From contig BDGG01000017.1 of the NCBI GenBank assembly GCA_001949185.1, forward strand, positions 682,001 through 746,000: a DNA stretch of 64,000 bases, in the 5' to 3' direction. Shown here one piece after another: positions 1-13,438 of this stretch; the stretch's first letter is position 1; each line of letters begins with the position of its first letter. The stretch is from Ramazzottius varieornatus (taxonomy: Eukaryota > Animalia > Tardigrada). A model generated the notes under the pieces. The model worked only from the letters and a program-made list of their open reading frames with translations. It did not search any database and had not been told where the DNA came from. A program made the position numbers and the translations under genes.

Positions 1-1584
1 GCCCCAAGAAGCCAGTGTCCACAATTAAGGCCGAAACATCGGCGCTGGCTGAAAAGTGGGAACATGCTTTGTAAACAAAACAGACTGGCCAAGGATGGTC
101 ATGTGTCCGCCCAGCGGCTAGCGCTCTTTTGCCAAAGGTAGATAAGATAAGCCTTAGTTGCAGCGACCCGCCAAACTCTCATCCACCAAAAGTGAGACGC
201 GCGCGCGCGGCTGAGTGGGGCCATGGACCATAGTAGCTAGACCTACCCCTTATACCCTACCGCCCTACCCAATTACGGCTCTCTACATAGGTTATCACAT
301 CACCTGATATTATTCAACAAAACTCTTCCGCCATTTGTGGGTGCACCGATCATCTCCGAAAAAGGTGCCATGGACTGAACTTGCCAGATTTAGCGGGACG
401 AAGCTCCTCGCTTGAGCCTGAAGATGTACTACCCCGTTGGCAAGTCTTCAGAAGATGGACATGACACAAATAGCAGAACCAGCCGACATGACAAGATGAA
501 GGGTGATTTTAGGCGGCGATTGTATGCCACCCTTTTTGTCTTGTTATCTATCTCGGCCATAACAGGCCTGCCTTCCTTCCTCCTTCACAGCAAGGCATAG
601 CTGGAGGTGCCAAACAGCTTTGCTTTGGCCATAGCCTACCATAGTGATAGCGATCCATCACACGATGACAGAACGACAACAATATGTCCGTGACATATGA
701 ACATGGCAAATAATCATTTGAGGGTGACGGATACAGGACAGTTACATCGAGTAACAGCGCATGAACCTTTCCACAGGTCTCTGCCGTCCTCTACCCCCTT
801 CGCCATCTAGGTTGAAAAACGAGCATACGGACAATATCGTTGCCCAGACATTTAAGGCCATAAATGCCAGGTTGCTCCGTACATTGTCAATATATACTTT
901 GGACGGAAAAGCCAACAAATTTCTCCGACAGCCTCTTGTTGACTGTGTAGCCAGCCTGAGCCTGCCAGTGAAAGCAGCCAGAAAGACTCAATCTACCTCC
1001 ACATTAAATATCAGACAATACACTCGAGCAACATGTCCATGATTAGCTGCTGCCTCGAGTCAGAGCCATCGAGCTTGGAAGGGTAGCTGCGGGAGAGAGT
1101 AGATGGTCTGTGACTGGTTGGCCCATATATGTTGCTTACGATAATGATGATGTCGATGTGCAGCGTAATAGGGCTAGCTTATGTGATACATGTGGGAGGG
1201 AGGGAGGTTATATGCTGCGATCTTTGGACATCGGGTCCAGCCATGCTTCCCACCGTAGCCCTCTCACTGTCTAGCCTGTCAGTAGCGCTCCATTATCGCC
1301 CTAACCTTAGCTCCCTCGTCCACATCTTCTATCAGCCTGCTTGCCACTAAAGCCCACAGTCATAGAGCAGTGGACGACAGTTCAAACTGCCAGCTTTATA
1401 TAACAACCATGATAGCCTTGCAAAGTTTTGACAAGACCTCAAGACCGGGTAAGGTAGCACGATGATCGCACTTTGTAAACTAGTATAAAGTGTGAGGCTA
1501 GTGCAAGTGAGGGGAGAGTCAGGTTCATCGATGGCCCGTCAAAGAGGCTTCTTACAGTAATGAGGGGGAAACCAGAGGCAGGGA

Positions 1585-4500
1585 TCATTCTTCGGTGGCG
1601 GCCCGAGCAGCATTGCGTCGTGGCGGTGGCTTGCTGGCTCCGCCGGAAGTGATGGCTTGAACGTCGCCCTGCAACAAAAACAAGCGTCATCAGCATTATG
1701 TGGTTTCCTTCAGTTGACATGGAAGTTGGCCATGGTTAGGCCTATGTTAGTACCCAAGTGCTTATTTGCGTTTGGGTGGAGCGCTGCCGGCAGCAGCCGA
1801 AGGCGCTGCCGGTGTAGAGCGAGTGGAGGTAGTTACAAAGGCTTGCGTGTCATCCTGTTAAATGAGGGCCGACTGTTAGGCTGTAGTGAGTGAGCGAGAT
1901 ATTATAAGTGAGAAAAAGGCTTGTGTCTTGATACCTTGGTCGATGGTCCAGCGGAAGCGCCGGAGCGGTTCTTGGCTCGCAGCTTCTGTAGCGTCTGCTC
2001 GGCAATCTCGGAGCGTTCCTCCGACTCGGTCAGCTCCTGCTGCAGCTTGCGGTACTTGGCCAAGTTCATGCCGGCCAGCTCTTCCGTCTCCTCAATCTGC
2101 CGCTTGTAAGTCTTGATCTTTTGTTGCAGCTTATCAACCAGGTCTTGCATGCGCTGGTAATTCTTCTTGTCCTCCTCCGTCTGGAACTGCAGCTCCTTGG
2201 TGCGTCGCTCGTGCTTGCGAATGTTCTTTTGCGTCTCGGCGTGGCGGCGCTGTTCAGCGTCCAGCTCGGCCTCCAGCTCGCGGGCCCGCTCCTCCAGCTT
2301 CTGCATAATGCGCTTGCCCCCCTTCAGAGCCGCATTCTCCGCCTCGTCCAGCCGAATTTGCAGCTCCTTGACCTGCATCTCCAGGGCCTTACGGTTCTTC
2401 TCCACATTCATGGCGTGCTCCTGCTCTTGCCGCAGCTCTTCGGCCAGCCGCGCCGCATCACCCATGGCCTTCTTGGACTTTTCCTCCGACGACTTGACTT
2501 CGTTCAACAGCTCGTCCAAATCGTGCTACAAAGATCATAAGATATACATGGTGGACAGTAAAAAGCCCTACTGGCCATGCATCTCTGTGTCGGCGCTTAC
2601 GTGCAGGCCGCCCAGCTCGCTTTCCAGCTTGCGCTTGGCGCCGTTGAGGGAAGAGTTGGTGCCGCTGAGCTCGTTGAGGCGTTCATTGGCATCGTTGAGC
2701 TCGTTCTCGGCTTGCTTGCGCAGCCGCTCAGCCTGCTCCAGGGTGGTCCGTAGCTCGTCGACTTCGGCGGCAGCGGCGGCAGCGCGTCGCTCGGCCGAGT
2801 TCATCAGCTCGCGCGCCTCCTCACGGGCCCGCTGCTCATCCTCAATCTGCACCTGGTTGTCCTTGATCTGCTGCTGGTACTTTTTGACATTCTTGGCACT
2901 CTCGACGTTGGCCTTGTTGGCGTGGTCCAGAGCAATCTCCAGCTCGTTAATGTCCGACTCTAGCTTCTTCTTTAGCCGCAGAGCTTCGGCCCGGCCGCGC
3001 ACTTCGCTCTCCAGGCTGGCTTGCATCGAGTCCAGGGCCCGTTGGTGGTTCTTGCGCGTCGTCTCAAATTCCTCGTCCTTCTCTTGCAGCCGCTTGTCAA
3101 TCTCCGAGCGGATCTGCGAAACCTCCAGTTGAGCTCGAAGAACCTGCAACCACCCAGTGTTACATCTCACCGGCCATAGAGCAGTAGCCATAACATGTCA
3201 CAAGGGGACGGTGGGAAATGCAACGACCGCCATCCTTTTCCCCCCAGTGGCTAAGCATGGAGGGGTGCGCCACTTGGACAAGGATCTGCCTCAATTGTTT
3301 GGCTGAGGCGTCTGGTGATGATAAGCCATGAAAGGAGTAGAATAAAGCCCTACCTTGGCTTCCTCATTTTCCAGGGCAGCTTCGGCCTCTTCCAGGGCGG
3401 CCTGCAGCTCTTCCTTCTCCACCTCCAAGCGTTTGCGGCTCTTGGCCAGTTCGTGGACGCTGCGACCACCTTCGCCCAGTTGGTCGGTCAGATCCTTGAT
3501 CTCGTCGGCCAGGTTCTTGTTCTCACGACGGACAGCCTCAATCTGTTCAGCCATCTCGTCATGGCCAGCCTTCATCTTGAAAAGTTCGGTGCTGTAGTTG
3601 CGGGCTTCACGCTGCGACGCGTCCAACTCGGCATTGAGATCATCGCACTTTTGCTTCCATTCCAGGATAGTCTTGTCAAAGGCCTTTTGCTTCTTCTCCA
3701 AGGTGTTGGCCGTGGTGGTGGCCTGCATGGAAGACAAAAGCATCAAGAGGGTTGCGGGTTGATAGGGGAGGGCAGGTCAACAACTTACTCGTTCGACATC
3801 GATGGCCAGGTCTTCCAGTTCACCCTGCAGGCGCTGCTTGACCTTCTCCAGGGAAGCCACCTTGGCGTTGGCCGCTTCGACATGCTCTTCGGCATCCTGC
3901 AGCTTGACCTGCAGCTTGCGCTTACTCTCCTCCAGCTCTTCGGCCCGCGACAAGCCTTCCCCTTCGTACTTGGCTCGCCACTGTTGGGCTTCGGTGTGGG
4001 CCTTGGCCAGTTGGCGTTGCAGCTCAGCCCGACCTTCCTGCTCCTCCTCGACACTATCACGCAGGCGTTCATAGTCCGACTCCAGGTTGCGCAGGCGCGA
4101 GGAGACGGCTTGCTTCTCGCGCGACTCTTCTTCGGCCGAGCGTTTGGCCTCTTCCAGCTGGGCATTGAGGGAGGTCTTGAGCTTCTGGAACTGGCTAATC
4201 TGCGCTTCGGCTTCCTCCAGTTGGCGGGCCAGGTCGGCGTTCTCGCTGGACAGGCGATTCTTGCCCGAACCAAACTCGTTCAAGTTGCGGGTGGCTTCTT
4301 CCAGGCGGGCCGACAGATCGCTAACTTGGCCTTCCAGCATCTTGGCTTGCTTGTCGGACTGCGCTCTGGCCTTGACGGCTTGGTCGACGGTGCTCTGCAC
4401 ATCGTCCAGCTGCACCTTCATCTGCGACTTGTCCTTCTCCAGCTTGGCCTTGATCTTGTTCAACTGGTCAACCTGTACGAAATCACTACCTGATTACCTA

Positions 4501-7500
4501 ACTGACCCCAATCTTCTCAAGCCCTCTTCATTTTGACCCATAATTAAGCAATTCATTTCTCTGAAAGCTCAGGGCCGAACATTTATGGCATTGATTCAAT
4601 TTCGACTACATCATCATCAAGAAGGCACCAGTCAAGTTGAGTAAGATATCAAATGGCTGAGATTTAGAGATTGAGGAAAGGAGTGGCAGTGACTGACCTG
4701 GTCGCCGAGCTCAGCAATGGCATCGGCATTCTTCTTACGGAGAGACTGGACGACACTCTCGTGAGCCAGATTCTGCTCCTCCAAGTCGCGGCGGAACTTG
4801 GCTAGCTCGGCTTCGCGCTTCTTGTTCATCTCGATGGTGGCAGAGTTGGAGCCGCCTTGCTCTTCCATCCGCTCACTCAGCTCTTCCAGCTCGCGCGCCA
4901 GCTCTTGCCGTTGCTTCTCCACCTTCTGGCGGGCTTGTCGCTCCCCTTCCAGCTCTTCCTCCATCTCTTCCAGGCGGCTTTGGTGCTCCTTAATCTGCCG
5001 CTGAGCCTTGGCCAAGAGGTTGTGCTCATCTTCCAACTTGGCATTCAAGCCTGCAAGTACAAAGCCTGTGTCAACAAGTAGACCTGCATGCTGCATACAC
5101 CGGGCCCTACGTTGAGGAGAGTGTCAGAGACTGTGCTTACTGTTGAGCTCGACATCACGTTTGGAGACGGTCTGTTCCAGTTCGCGCTTGGTCTTTTCCA
5201 GGTCAGCCACCGAGTCTTGGGTGGCTTTGAGGTCCTGCTCCAGCTTGCGCTTGGCCTTGTCGACGTCACCGCGCAGGCGCTTCTCCCGTTCCAAGTTGTC
5301 CTCCAGCTCGTCCAGCGTCTGCTCCAACTTGGCCTTGACCTTGTTGAGATGGTTAACCTTGTTCTCTTCGGCCTGCAGGTCTTCGGCCGTCTTGTTGCCC
5401 ACCTCCTCCAGATGCTTCTTCTCCTTGTTCAGCTTGGCAATCAGCTCGTCCTGCTTGGCCATCTCGTCGTTGAGGTTGCGAATCTGGTGGTCCTTGCTGT
5501 TCTTCTCCTGCTCGGCCTTTTGCAGGTTCAACTCCAAATCCTGGATGGTCTTCTTGTGCGTCTGAATCTCCTGCTCCAGCTTACGCTTGGCCGTCTGCAC
5601 CGAGTTGGTGTTGTTTTCGGCATCGGCCAGAGCCTGCTCGGCTTCCTTCAGCTTGGACTCCAACTCGCCTATGGCAAGACAGGTATCGATCAAATGATAT
5701 AGCAGAGAGAGATAGTTATGATGATGGTTACCCTTTTGTTTGATCAAGGAAGTGGCCCGTTCCTCAATGTCGCCAGTGTTGGCTTGCAGGACCTGTAGCT
5801 GGCTGTAGAGGTCGTTCTTCTCCTTGGTCAGGGTAATGTTCTTCTCTTCATACTCTTGGCGCAACTTGACCTCCTTGTCAAACTGATCCTTGATGCCCTT
5901 CATCTCCTCCTCCTTCAACTTCATCTCGTCCTCAGCCTTGGCCGTGTTGAGCATAGGCTTAATCTTCTGGTACAGCTTCCACCAGGCCCAGTTGCGCAAC
6001 TGCAGGAACTTCTTGATGTTGCGCTGTAGAACGACCAAGGCCACCCTACCCACATCATCAATTAATCATCTCTTTTACAGGCCAGCTATAAGGAGACTTA
6101 CCGTTGTTCGCGCAGTTTACGGTAAGTCAGCTGGTTGAGGTAGTAGCGAAGATGAGCCTGCAGTAGCGAGATGATGCCAGACAGCCGTTCGTCACGCATT
6201 TCCTCCAAGCGACCCAAGATACCGGCTTTGAAGAAGACCTAAAGGGCCATGGAGTGCCACATGAGGATCAAAGCTAGGGCAGAAAGTAGGACCTTTGACT
6301 TGCCTTGGTGTTACCCATGCGCCATTCATTGACATCCAGCTGGATGTGGTCCAGAATCTTTTGGCTGGTCTGCTTGGCGTCGGTAAAGCCCTTGGGGATG
6401 ACGCTAGCCGCCAGAATGGTGTAGCGCTGCTTAAAGTCGGAGAAGACCATGCGGTTAGGGAAGCCCTTGCGACAGATACGGATACCTTCCAGCACACCGT
6501 TACAGGTCAGCTGGTGCATAACCAAGTGGGCGTCCACCACACCCGGCGTCTTCATCTCGTTGGGGATGATGCAACGGACAAAGTGGGGATGGGTGGCCTT
6601 CAGCGTTGTCATCAGCTTGTTCAGCTGCTCGCGGTACAGGGCGCTGACAGTCTGGAAACCCGAACCCTTCTTACCCTTACCACCCTTGGCTGCAAGACAA
6701 GACCACACAATGAAATGTCATGATGACGAATATGTTTGGGCGGTGCGCGCTGGGCACCCTTGGACATTTGCTCGTTCAAAGTGTCAGCATATGGAGGTGG
6801 GTGAGAAAGAAAGAAAGACTAACCGGGTGCACCCTCTTCAGCGGCGACATCAGCCGGGTCAGCAAAGACCTTGCACAAGAGGGGGTTGCCGGCCTTCTTG
6901 AAGAGGTCAACGACGTTGTCGTTGAGGGGATCCTTGTTCTTCTCCAGCCAGCCCGTAATGTTGTAGGGCACCACACCGGCATAGTGGCCGATGGAGAAGT
7001 GGGCGCCTTCCGCACCCTTCATACCCGGCTTGGGCTTGGTGAACTGAGCGCACTTGCCCAGATGGTTGTTGTACAGCTTCTCCTTGAATGTCTCGTCGGT
7101 GGCTTTGGGGAACATGGACTCTTCCTCCAGGATGGAGAAGATACCCAGAGGCTAAAGAAGATGGCAGATGACGTTATCAACATCAGTGCCCAATGGACAG
7201 ACAGCCTTACCTTTTCGATCAGCTCAATGCAAGCTTGCAGATCGAGACCAAAGTCGATAAACTCCCACTCGATACCTTCGCGCTTGTACTCTTCCTGTTC
7301 CAGGACGAACATGTGGTGGTTGAAGAACTGCTGCAACTTCTCGTTGGTGAAGTTGATGCAAATCTGCTCGAAGCCGTTAGAATCGAAGATCTCGAAGCCG
7401 GCAATGTCCAGTACACCGATGAAGAAGGCGCGCTTGGCTTTGGTCTCCAGCGTGATGTTGACACGGATGACCAGCCACAAGAAGAGGCGATTGAAGAGGG

Positions 7501-10113
7501 CCTTGGCCAAAGCCGAGCAGCTGTTGGTACACTACAACAGCCATGCAACATTTCCCTCAAACATATAGACGCAGTCTTAGCCAGGCTGATTCTTACCTGT
7601 TGCTGATTCTGGCCTTTGGTGACAACTTCTGTACCGACTTTGACTTTGGGCTTGGTGATGGCCGTCAAGAGCTGTTGGGGATTGACACCTACAAAGAAGA
7701 GATGATCAAGGATCGACGCCAGCTGTAAGGATGCAAAAGAGGGGTGAGAAGGACTGACTTACCGCAGAGGTGGCCAATTTTCTCGGCGTACTCAGTACCG
7801 TCAGGTTCGGCTTGCTCTTCACGAGGTCGCTGCTTGAACTTCATACCACCAAAGTTCATGACAGCCGAGACCATGGAGTAGACTTGGTCAATCTCCTCGG
7901 GGTTGAAGCCCAGGACGCCAAAGGCGTAGTGAGTGTCCCGCATTTCCTTGGCGTCGTCCATACCCTCGACGGTGGTCTTACCCTGCGCCACAAAGTGGTA
8001 GGCCGTGATGTCTTGGTCCAGCAGCAGCTTAGCCTTCAAGCCGGGAACACCTTCCGACATCAGCTGGTAAAAGATGTGGTAGGAACGCTCCAGTGGCTGC
8101 TGGTAGACGATACGCGACTTTTCCAGCAAATCTATTAAATGCCCCACAATGCATTACAATGGAAATATCATGTACAACTTGTGCAACGGGGAAGGACACC
8201 CGCTTTTCACTAACTTCACTCGCTAAAAAGTGTGCTTTTTTATAGAAAAGCCAACGAGAAATAAGGTTCAACTTACAGCTTTCAATATCAGCCCCAGACA
8301 GCTTTCCGTTCGTACCGAAATGGATACGGATGAATTTACCCTACAAAGAAGCAAGGTTGATGAGTCGATTGATCCTCGTAAGCTATACAGACTGTGTTAT
8401 CAGCGTTTGGTACTTACGAAACGGGAAGAGTTGTCGTTACGCGTGGTCTTGGCGTTACCGAAGGCTTCCAAAACGGGGTTGCACTGGACAATTTGATCTT
8501 CCAGCGTACCCTGCAACAAGCGCAAGTTGACCACATTTACATAGCCAAGTAAAGCGAAATGGGAATGGGGATACTGCCACAAACGCTCACCGTGAGGGAA
8601 CTCAGTGGCCACTGGTATCAGGATAAAGGTGGGCTAATATGTATGGGAAAGGAGTTTGGACGTCTGGGTGAGGGGAAAAAGTGTTTGCTAAGAGGTCGAC
8701 GGAGAGGAAAATGCAGAAAGGCTTGACTGGAGGGACAGTACCTTGGATGGATCTTGAGTGGTAGCTTTGTCGGAAGCACCGACGGTGGCGAAGTAGGTGA
8801 TGACCTTCTTGGTGTTCTCAGTCTTGCCGGCACCCGATTCTCCCGTAATCAACATGGACTGGTTCTCGCGATCTGTTCATCAGACCAAAGGTAACTTAGG
8901 ACGGCATTTTCTGCTATATGTTGTGACGTTATCTTACCTATCAACATGTTGGTGTAGGCGGTATCGGAGATGGCAAAGACGTGGGGTGGCACTTCGGCTC
9001 GTCGTCGACCCTTGAAGACGGCGACGGCCTTCTTATTGTAGATGGGCATCCATTTGTATGGATTGATGGCCACGCAGAACAAGCCAGAGTAGGTCTACAA
9101 TGAACAAGACAAAGCCCTGTACTTTTACCATAGATTAGGGACTCTATCTCCCTCCCTCTCTCCATCGTCAAGAGCCATATGCCCATTTTGGGTCTTGGCT
9201 GGATGCCGTAATGTAAGCGAAAAGTGTTGGACGTCATTTGTTATATCAAGCGTAATCGAACATTATTTACTTTATCAAAAGTGCCCAGCTAGAGTCAGCG
9301 GCAGATCAGAGCCGATGCTAATAATACCATCCCCCTTTTCGATCACTTCGCTCACTTACAGTACCACATTTCCTTCCGAAACGCTAACCGTTTTCGCTCA
9401 TCAGAAACTTTGTGCATACATGCAATGGTCGATTATAAATAGGTATGGCACTTTCACACCATTACCAGATGTATTTTGATAGGAGAGAAATGTGAGCCTG
9501 GTTCGTCGAGCAGATGTTTTCTCCAGCTTTCCCCTGGTGCTGCGTCTTACTGAAGTCTCTCAAAACTATGAAACATCACAAAAGTGCGAAAACCGAAACT
9601 TTCGAACGATTTCTTACTCGAGGTTCCTCCCTTGTAGTTTTGAACCTGTGTTGGAGGATTTGCCAATGAAAAGGCTAGCCTTACATAGATAAAGTCCTTG
9701 TAGTATCGTTGACGAAGGTTGTGGAGGACGCTGGCGTCGTTGAGGTACGTCAGGGTCGACATGTCCTCGGTCTTCTCGAATTTGGGCGGGTTCATCTGCT
9801 GCACCTGGTCCTTCTTGAAGGTCTTGTCCTGCAACAAAAGGATGAAACCATTATCCGCTTGTTCTTAACCCACAGACCATAGGTAGGAAGGAAAGACAGA
9901 ACGTACTCCTTGTTTCTCGACGGTGACGACGACCTGCTCGCCCTTGGTCGACTTGATCTCGCCGGCCACGAAGCCTTCCTTCTCGTCCGGTACCCAGCAG
10001 CTCTTTTTGCCGTCAAACGGCCGGTTCTGGTCTTCACGCTGCATCTCCAGCGTAGGACGCAGGAAGGGAGTGGGATCCCGTTCTTCGGCATCGGCGGGAA
10101 TTTTGACAGGCAT
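1585..10113 (-). CDS. Mhc: Muscle myosin II heavy chain (multi-exon; alternative C-terminal exons at 1854-1762 and 1668-1585)
   Basis: Starts [20 protein letters not shown] at 10113. Motor motifs: [25 protein letters not shown] (P-loop, ~8800-8850), [21 protein letters not shown] (switch I), [13 protein letters not shown] (switch II), [22 protein letters not shown]/hook region [17 protein letters not shown], then a long heptad coiled-coil rod to 1935. GT-AG introns join the ORF-track fragments. Confidence 0.97.
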
Positions 10114-11075
10114 GGCGACACTTGTTGATTATACCAACCAACGGATACAAACAAGAAACAGTTGCACTTGGTTGAAGAAGGAGCGTTAGGTAGGTCCAAT
10201 CGGGCTGTTAGCGTCACTGCAAAGAAAGAGAACGGTCAAAGAGAAACGAGAGGTCTACCTGACTCTATCAACAAGAAGCTTCAGACAGGGTTCGCCACTT
10301 ACAGTGTGAAAACTCGGCGCACAGAGCTTCGTCGACTTCAACTGAAAGTCACTTCCAATCCTTCCGGCCCTTTAAGAATGCTTTTCGCCCATCCGACAGG
10401 AAGTCGCAGAACGTCGTGGCTTCGCCCGTTGCAGCCTGAACGCGCTGACATGAGCTGCAGCAGGGTGGGCTTCCCAGAAGGAAGGAATGGTACGCCGGTA
10501 CGACGTACGTCCTCCTTCGCGGCTGAAGGTGCTGATGGTGGGAGAGAGGCCGTGGTTTAGTGAGCTTTCTTGGCCGCTCAACCCCATACAGTCGTACCTT
10601 ATGTGGTCATATCGAGGCAGCCTTTCCTCCGTGCAGGGAGGACAAGCTCTCCTCGCTTTCCATGCCTAATAATAAATTCAACTTGGTCCATCATCAACAT
10701 CACACCATATTCGTTGATATCACACCGATCTTACCATGCTGCGTTCCTCGGGTGGTTTGCATCGTCGGCGGTTTTATGACTGTTATGCTTGCTAAAGTCA
10801 ACATCGAAATGCCAGTCGCCATCACTGCTGCATAAGTTGCCTACTAGTTGGCCCGCGCATCTTCGGCGAAGAATCGGTGCTTAGCCTTCATCCATGCCAT
10901 CTTCCCATGGCCATCATCCGCAGCAAGTTTCGTCTCCGTCCTGGTTCCGCCTCGCTAAATCACTCCAGGTGCGGCGTGTGCTGACTCTCGGCACAACAAA
11001 CCTGCAAAAATGACTTTTACGAATTTACCGGAAGTGAACAGCCGGAATTCGGGGAAAAACACGTTCAGTAATTTA

Positions 11076-11137
11076 CAAGGGGATGATCCCTGTCAGTCTG
11101 CCACCACCTCTTTTAAGTCTTGTTGGTCAAACTGTCC
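11076..11137 (+). mobile_element. Solo degenerate terminal-inverted-repeat relic related to the Tc5-like element at 49451-55324
   Basis: TTA|CAAGGGGATGATCCCTGTC...CACCTCTTTT...TTGGTCAAACTGTCC versus TCA|CGAGGGGATTATGCCTGTCCTCACCTCTTTTTGGTCAAACTGTCC. No partner end found nearby. Confidence 0.5.
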
Positions 11138-11800
11138 AATCAGACATGACTAAAAGCGAGTGATTGATTGCGCTACACAGATATCGAGGCGAGGCGAAAA
11201 TTCGTTACGTCATTTGACCATAGAATGGCCTCTGTACGAATTTCAATACGTCATAGCCCTTGTTTCAACTCTCGAGAACAGAACACCGAGGAGCTTGCGA
11301 ATGCCTTACGAAGAATATGATGTCTCTCACACGATCGACGGGCCATGATGTATTGAAGTTGTCACATTCGTCGGATTTTCACGGGCAAGCCATTACACCA
11401 GCATACATCTCGTGAATTTTCTAAGGCTTGGAAATGTGCGGATTTCAAGTATTTGTGAATTAACAATTCATAGAAATTCTGATCAAGACTTGACTCTCCA
11501 ACCTTCGGTGTTACTCCTAATGGGGTGTTCTTCAGCAGTCTACGGCTGCTGCTGAGTCAGCCGGTGTATTAGCACGCCGTTGTTTGCAGAAGGCGAGGTA
11601 CTGCAGCTCCACAGTGTTTGGCTGGTTTCATTTCTATACGAGCAGAAAACCTTTTTAAGTTGCCCTTCTTCGGACAGAAAGCTGTCCCATTTACTGGTGC
11701 AGAAAAATTTGAGTGTGGAAGGAAACACCGATACTTTTTAGGATTGTTTGGATTGACTGCGAGGCGACTCAGTTCAGCTGTTCAGGTGAGGAGGAGAAAA

Positions 11801-13438
11801 ATGGCGGCCAGCTCTGGCGTGACTTTTAGCAGTTTAGCACAAAGTCTGGCGGGACTACCAGCCGGAGCCACTCTTATCACAGCCGACGGAACTCCTGTTA
11901 CATTGGACGGAAGCCAGCAGCTCATTCTGCAGACTTCGGAGGCCGAGAATGACGGAGCTGCCAGCGGAAGTCACTCCACATCGACGCACGATAAGGAGGA
12001 CTCCCCCGAAAATCAGCTGCGGACATTTTGGCTCCGTCAGATGGAACGCATCCGTGCCATGAAACCCGTAAGTTCAGAAAATGCAAGGCGAAGCTCCGGA
12101 TGCGCGAATTCACCTTCTTCGAGAGATCTCGACCATTTTGTTCTTTCTTCATGAGCTCGCGCAGGACGCTGCAAATAATAGGGCTCTTTTGCACTTGATA
12201 TTTGTCGTCATGCGCCTGCTTGTGTCGGAGCCCAAGTTTGATCGTAGTAATTATTATGAGGTGACACGTGATGTTTGTAATGTGCGGGTGCGGGGGTATC
12301 CTGATCTGTTTCTGTAGGAAGAATTTCGACATCCAGAACTGCCTTTAGCACGGATCAAGAAGATCATGAAGCTCGATGAGGATGTAGGGGTGAGTCTTGC
12401 GTCTGCACGCTTACAGTCGTCTTAAATTGGCTTGTTCTGGACGCCAAGATAATGTTGATCTCTGTTTTGACAGATGATTAGCTCGGAAGCGCCTGTAGTA
12501 CTATCAAAGGCTTGTGAGATGTTCATCGAGGAGCTCACACTACGAGCCTGGCTACAGGTGGAAGAGAACAAGCGACGGACGCTACAGCGCAACGATGTGG
12601 CCAGTGCTGTCAGTAAATGCGACCAGTTCGACTTCCTCATTGACATCGTTCCTCGCGAAGAAGTCAGACCCAAACCGCCACAACCTACAAAACACTCGGT
12701 AACGGATCATAGTAAAATTTTGCATTATGAAACATGTCGCAGCTGGTACGAGTGCCGGAACGACGTTCATGGGAATCTCGAAAGAGCGTCCTTTACCTGC
12801 ATACGCCAGGAGCTTATTTTTGTTCGAAGACTTGTATGCTGGTGCATGACTCCTTTTTACATGTAGCCTCGATCGGTATCGGAAGTGCAGTATTATGTCC
12901 AACAAGGCGGGCATCACGTCCAGGCTTCCTCAGTTCCTGTGCAGACGGTTCAAGTCAACACATCCTCCCAGAGCAGCGCTGCTGCCCCATCGAACGCAGG
13001 CACCAGTTCGGTCAGCGAAGCAGCCACCTTACCTGTCATGATCAACAGCCCTGCTGGCGACGTCCAACAAGCGAACGTTAGTATTGAGTCCGTCTTGCTC
13101 ATTTTGCCAAATATGCAGGCCTGGAAAAATTGTAGGCAAATCCATGTCGTTTGTTGTAGTTGACGTTGACGGCTCAACAACTTGATGCTATCCGCAACTA
13201 CATCACCAATCTGGGTATCCCCATCTCCGCCTCTAACCAGATTGTCATTCAAGCTCCCACCCAAGGTACAGACAAAATAACAGGGGAATTCTGTGATTGA
13301 ATTAGCCAAACCGCCTCTTTGCAAGGCATCAGTACTGACAGCGGATCATGTTTTTCTCTTGCAGGAGGTAGTCAGCTGCAAGTTTCCATCAATCCTCAAC
13401 AACTGCAGACACAGTCTGCTGGTTCTGAAAGCGACTAA
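11801..13438 (+). CDS. NF-YC: Nuclear transcription factor Y subunit gamma (NF-YC), multi-exon
   Basis: Exons 11801-12067, 12318-12389, 12474-~12697 and later ones encode the histone fold [79 protein letters not shown], followed by a Q/S/V-rich tail. Stop TAA at 13436-13438. Confidence 0.93.

Noticed and set aside
4565-4620. Box C (ATGATGA) and box D (CTGA) in a myosin intron, possible C/D snoRNA
   Set aside because: Too short (~50 nt), no terminal stem and no rRNA-complementary guide that I could recognise.
1886-7606. Long + strand ORFs (e.g. 2167-3132, 3315-4493, 6720-7568) opposite myosin
   Set aside because: Antisense shadows of GC3-biased coiled-coil and motor codons (S/L-rich); no independent coding signal.
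5900-10113. Mutually exclusive internal exons in the myosin motor domain, as in insect Mhc
   Set aside because: Introns are short and I found no duplicated exon copies within them.
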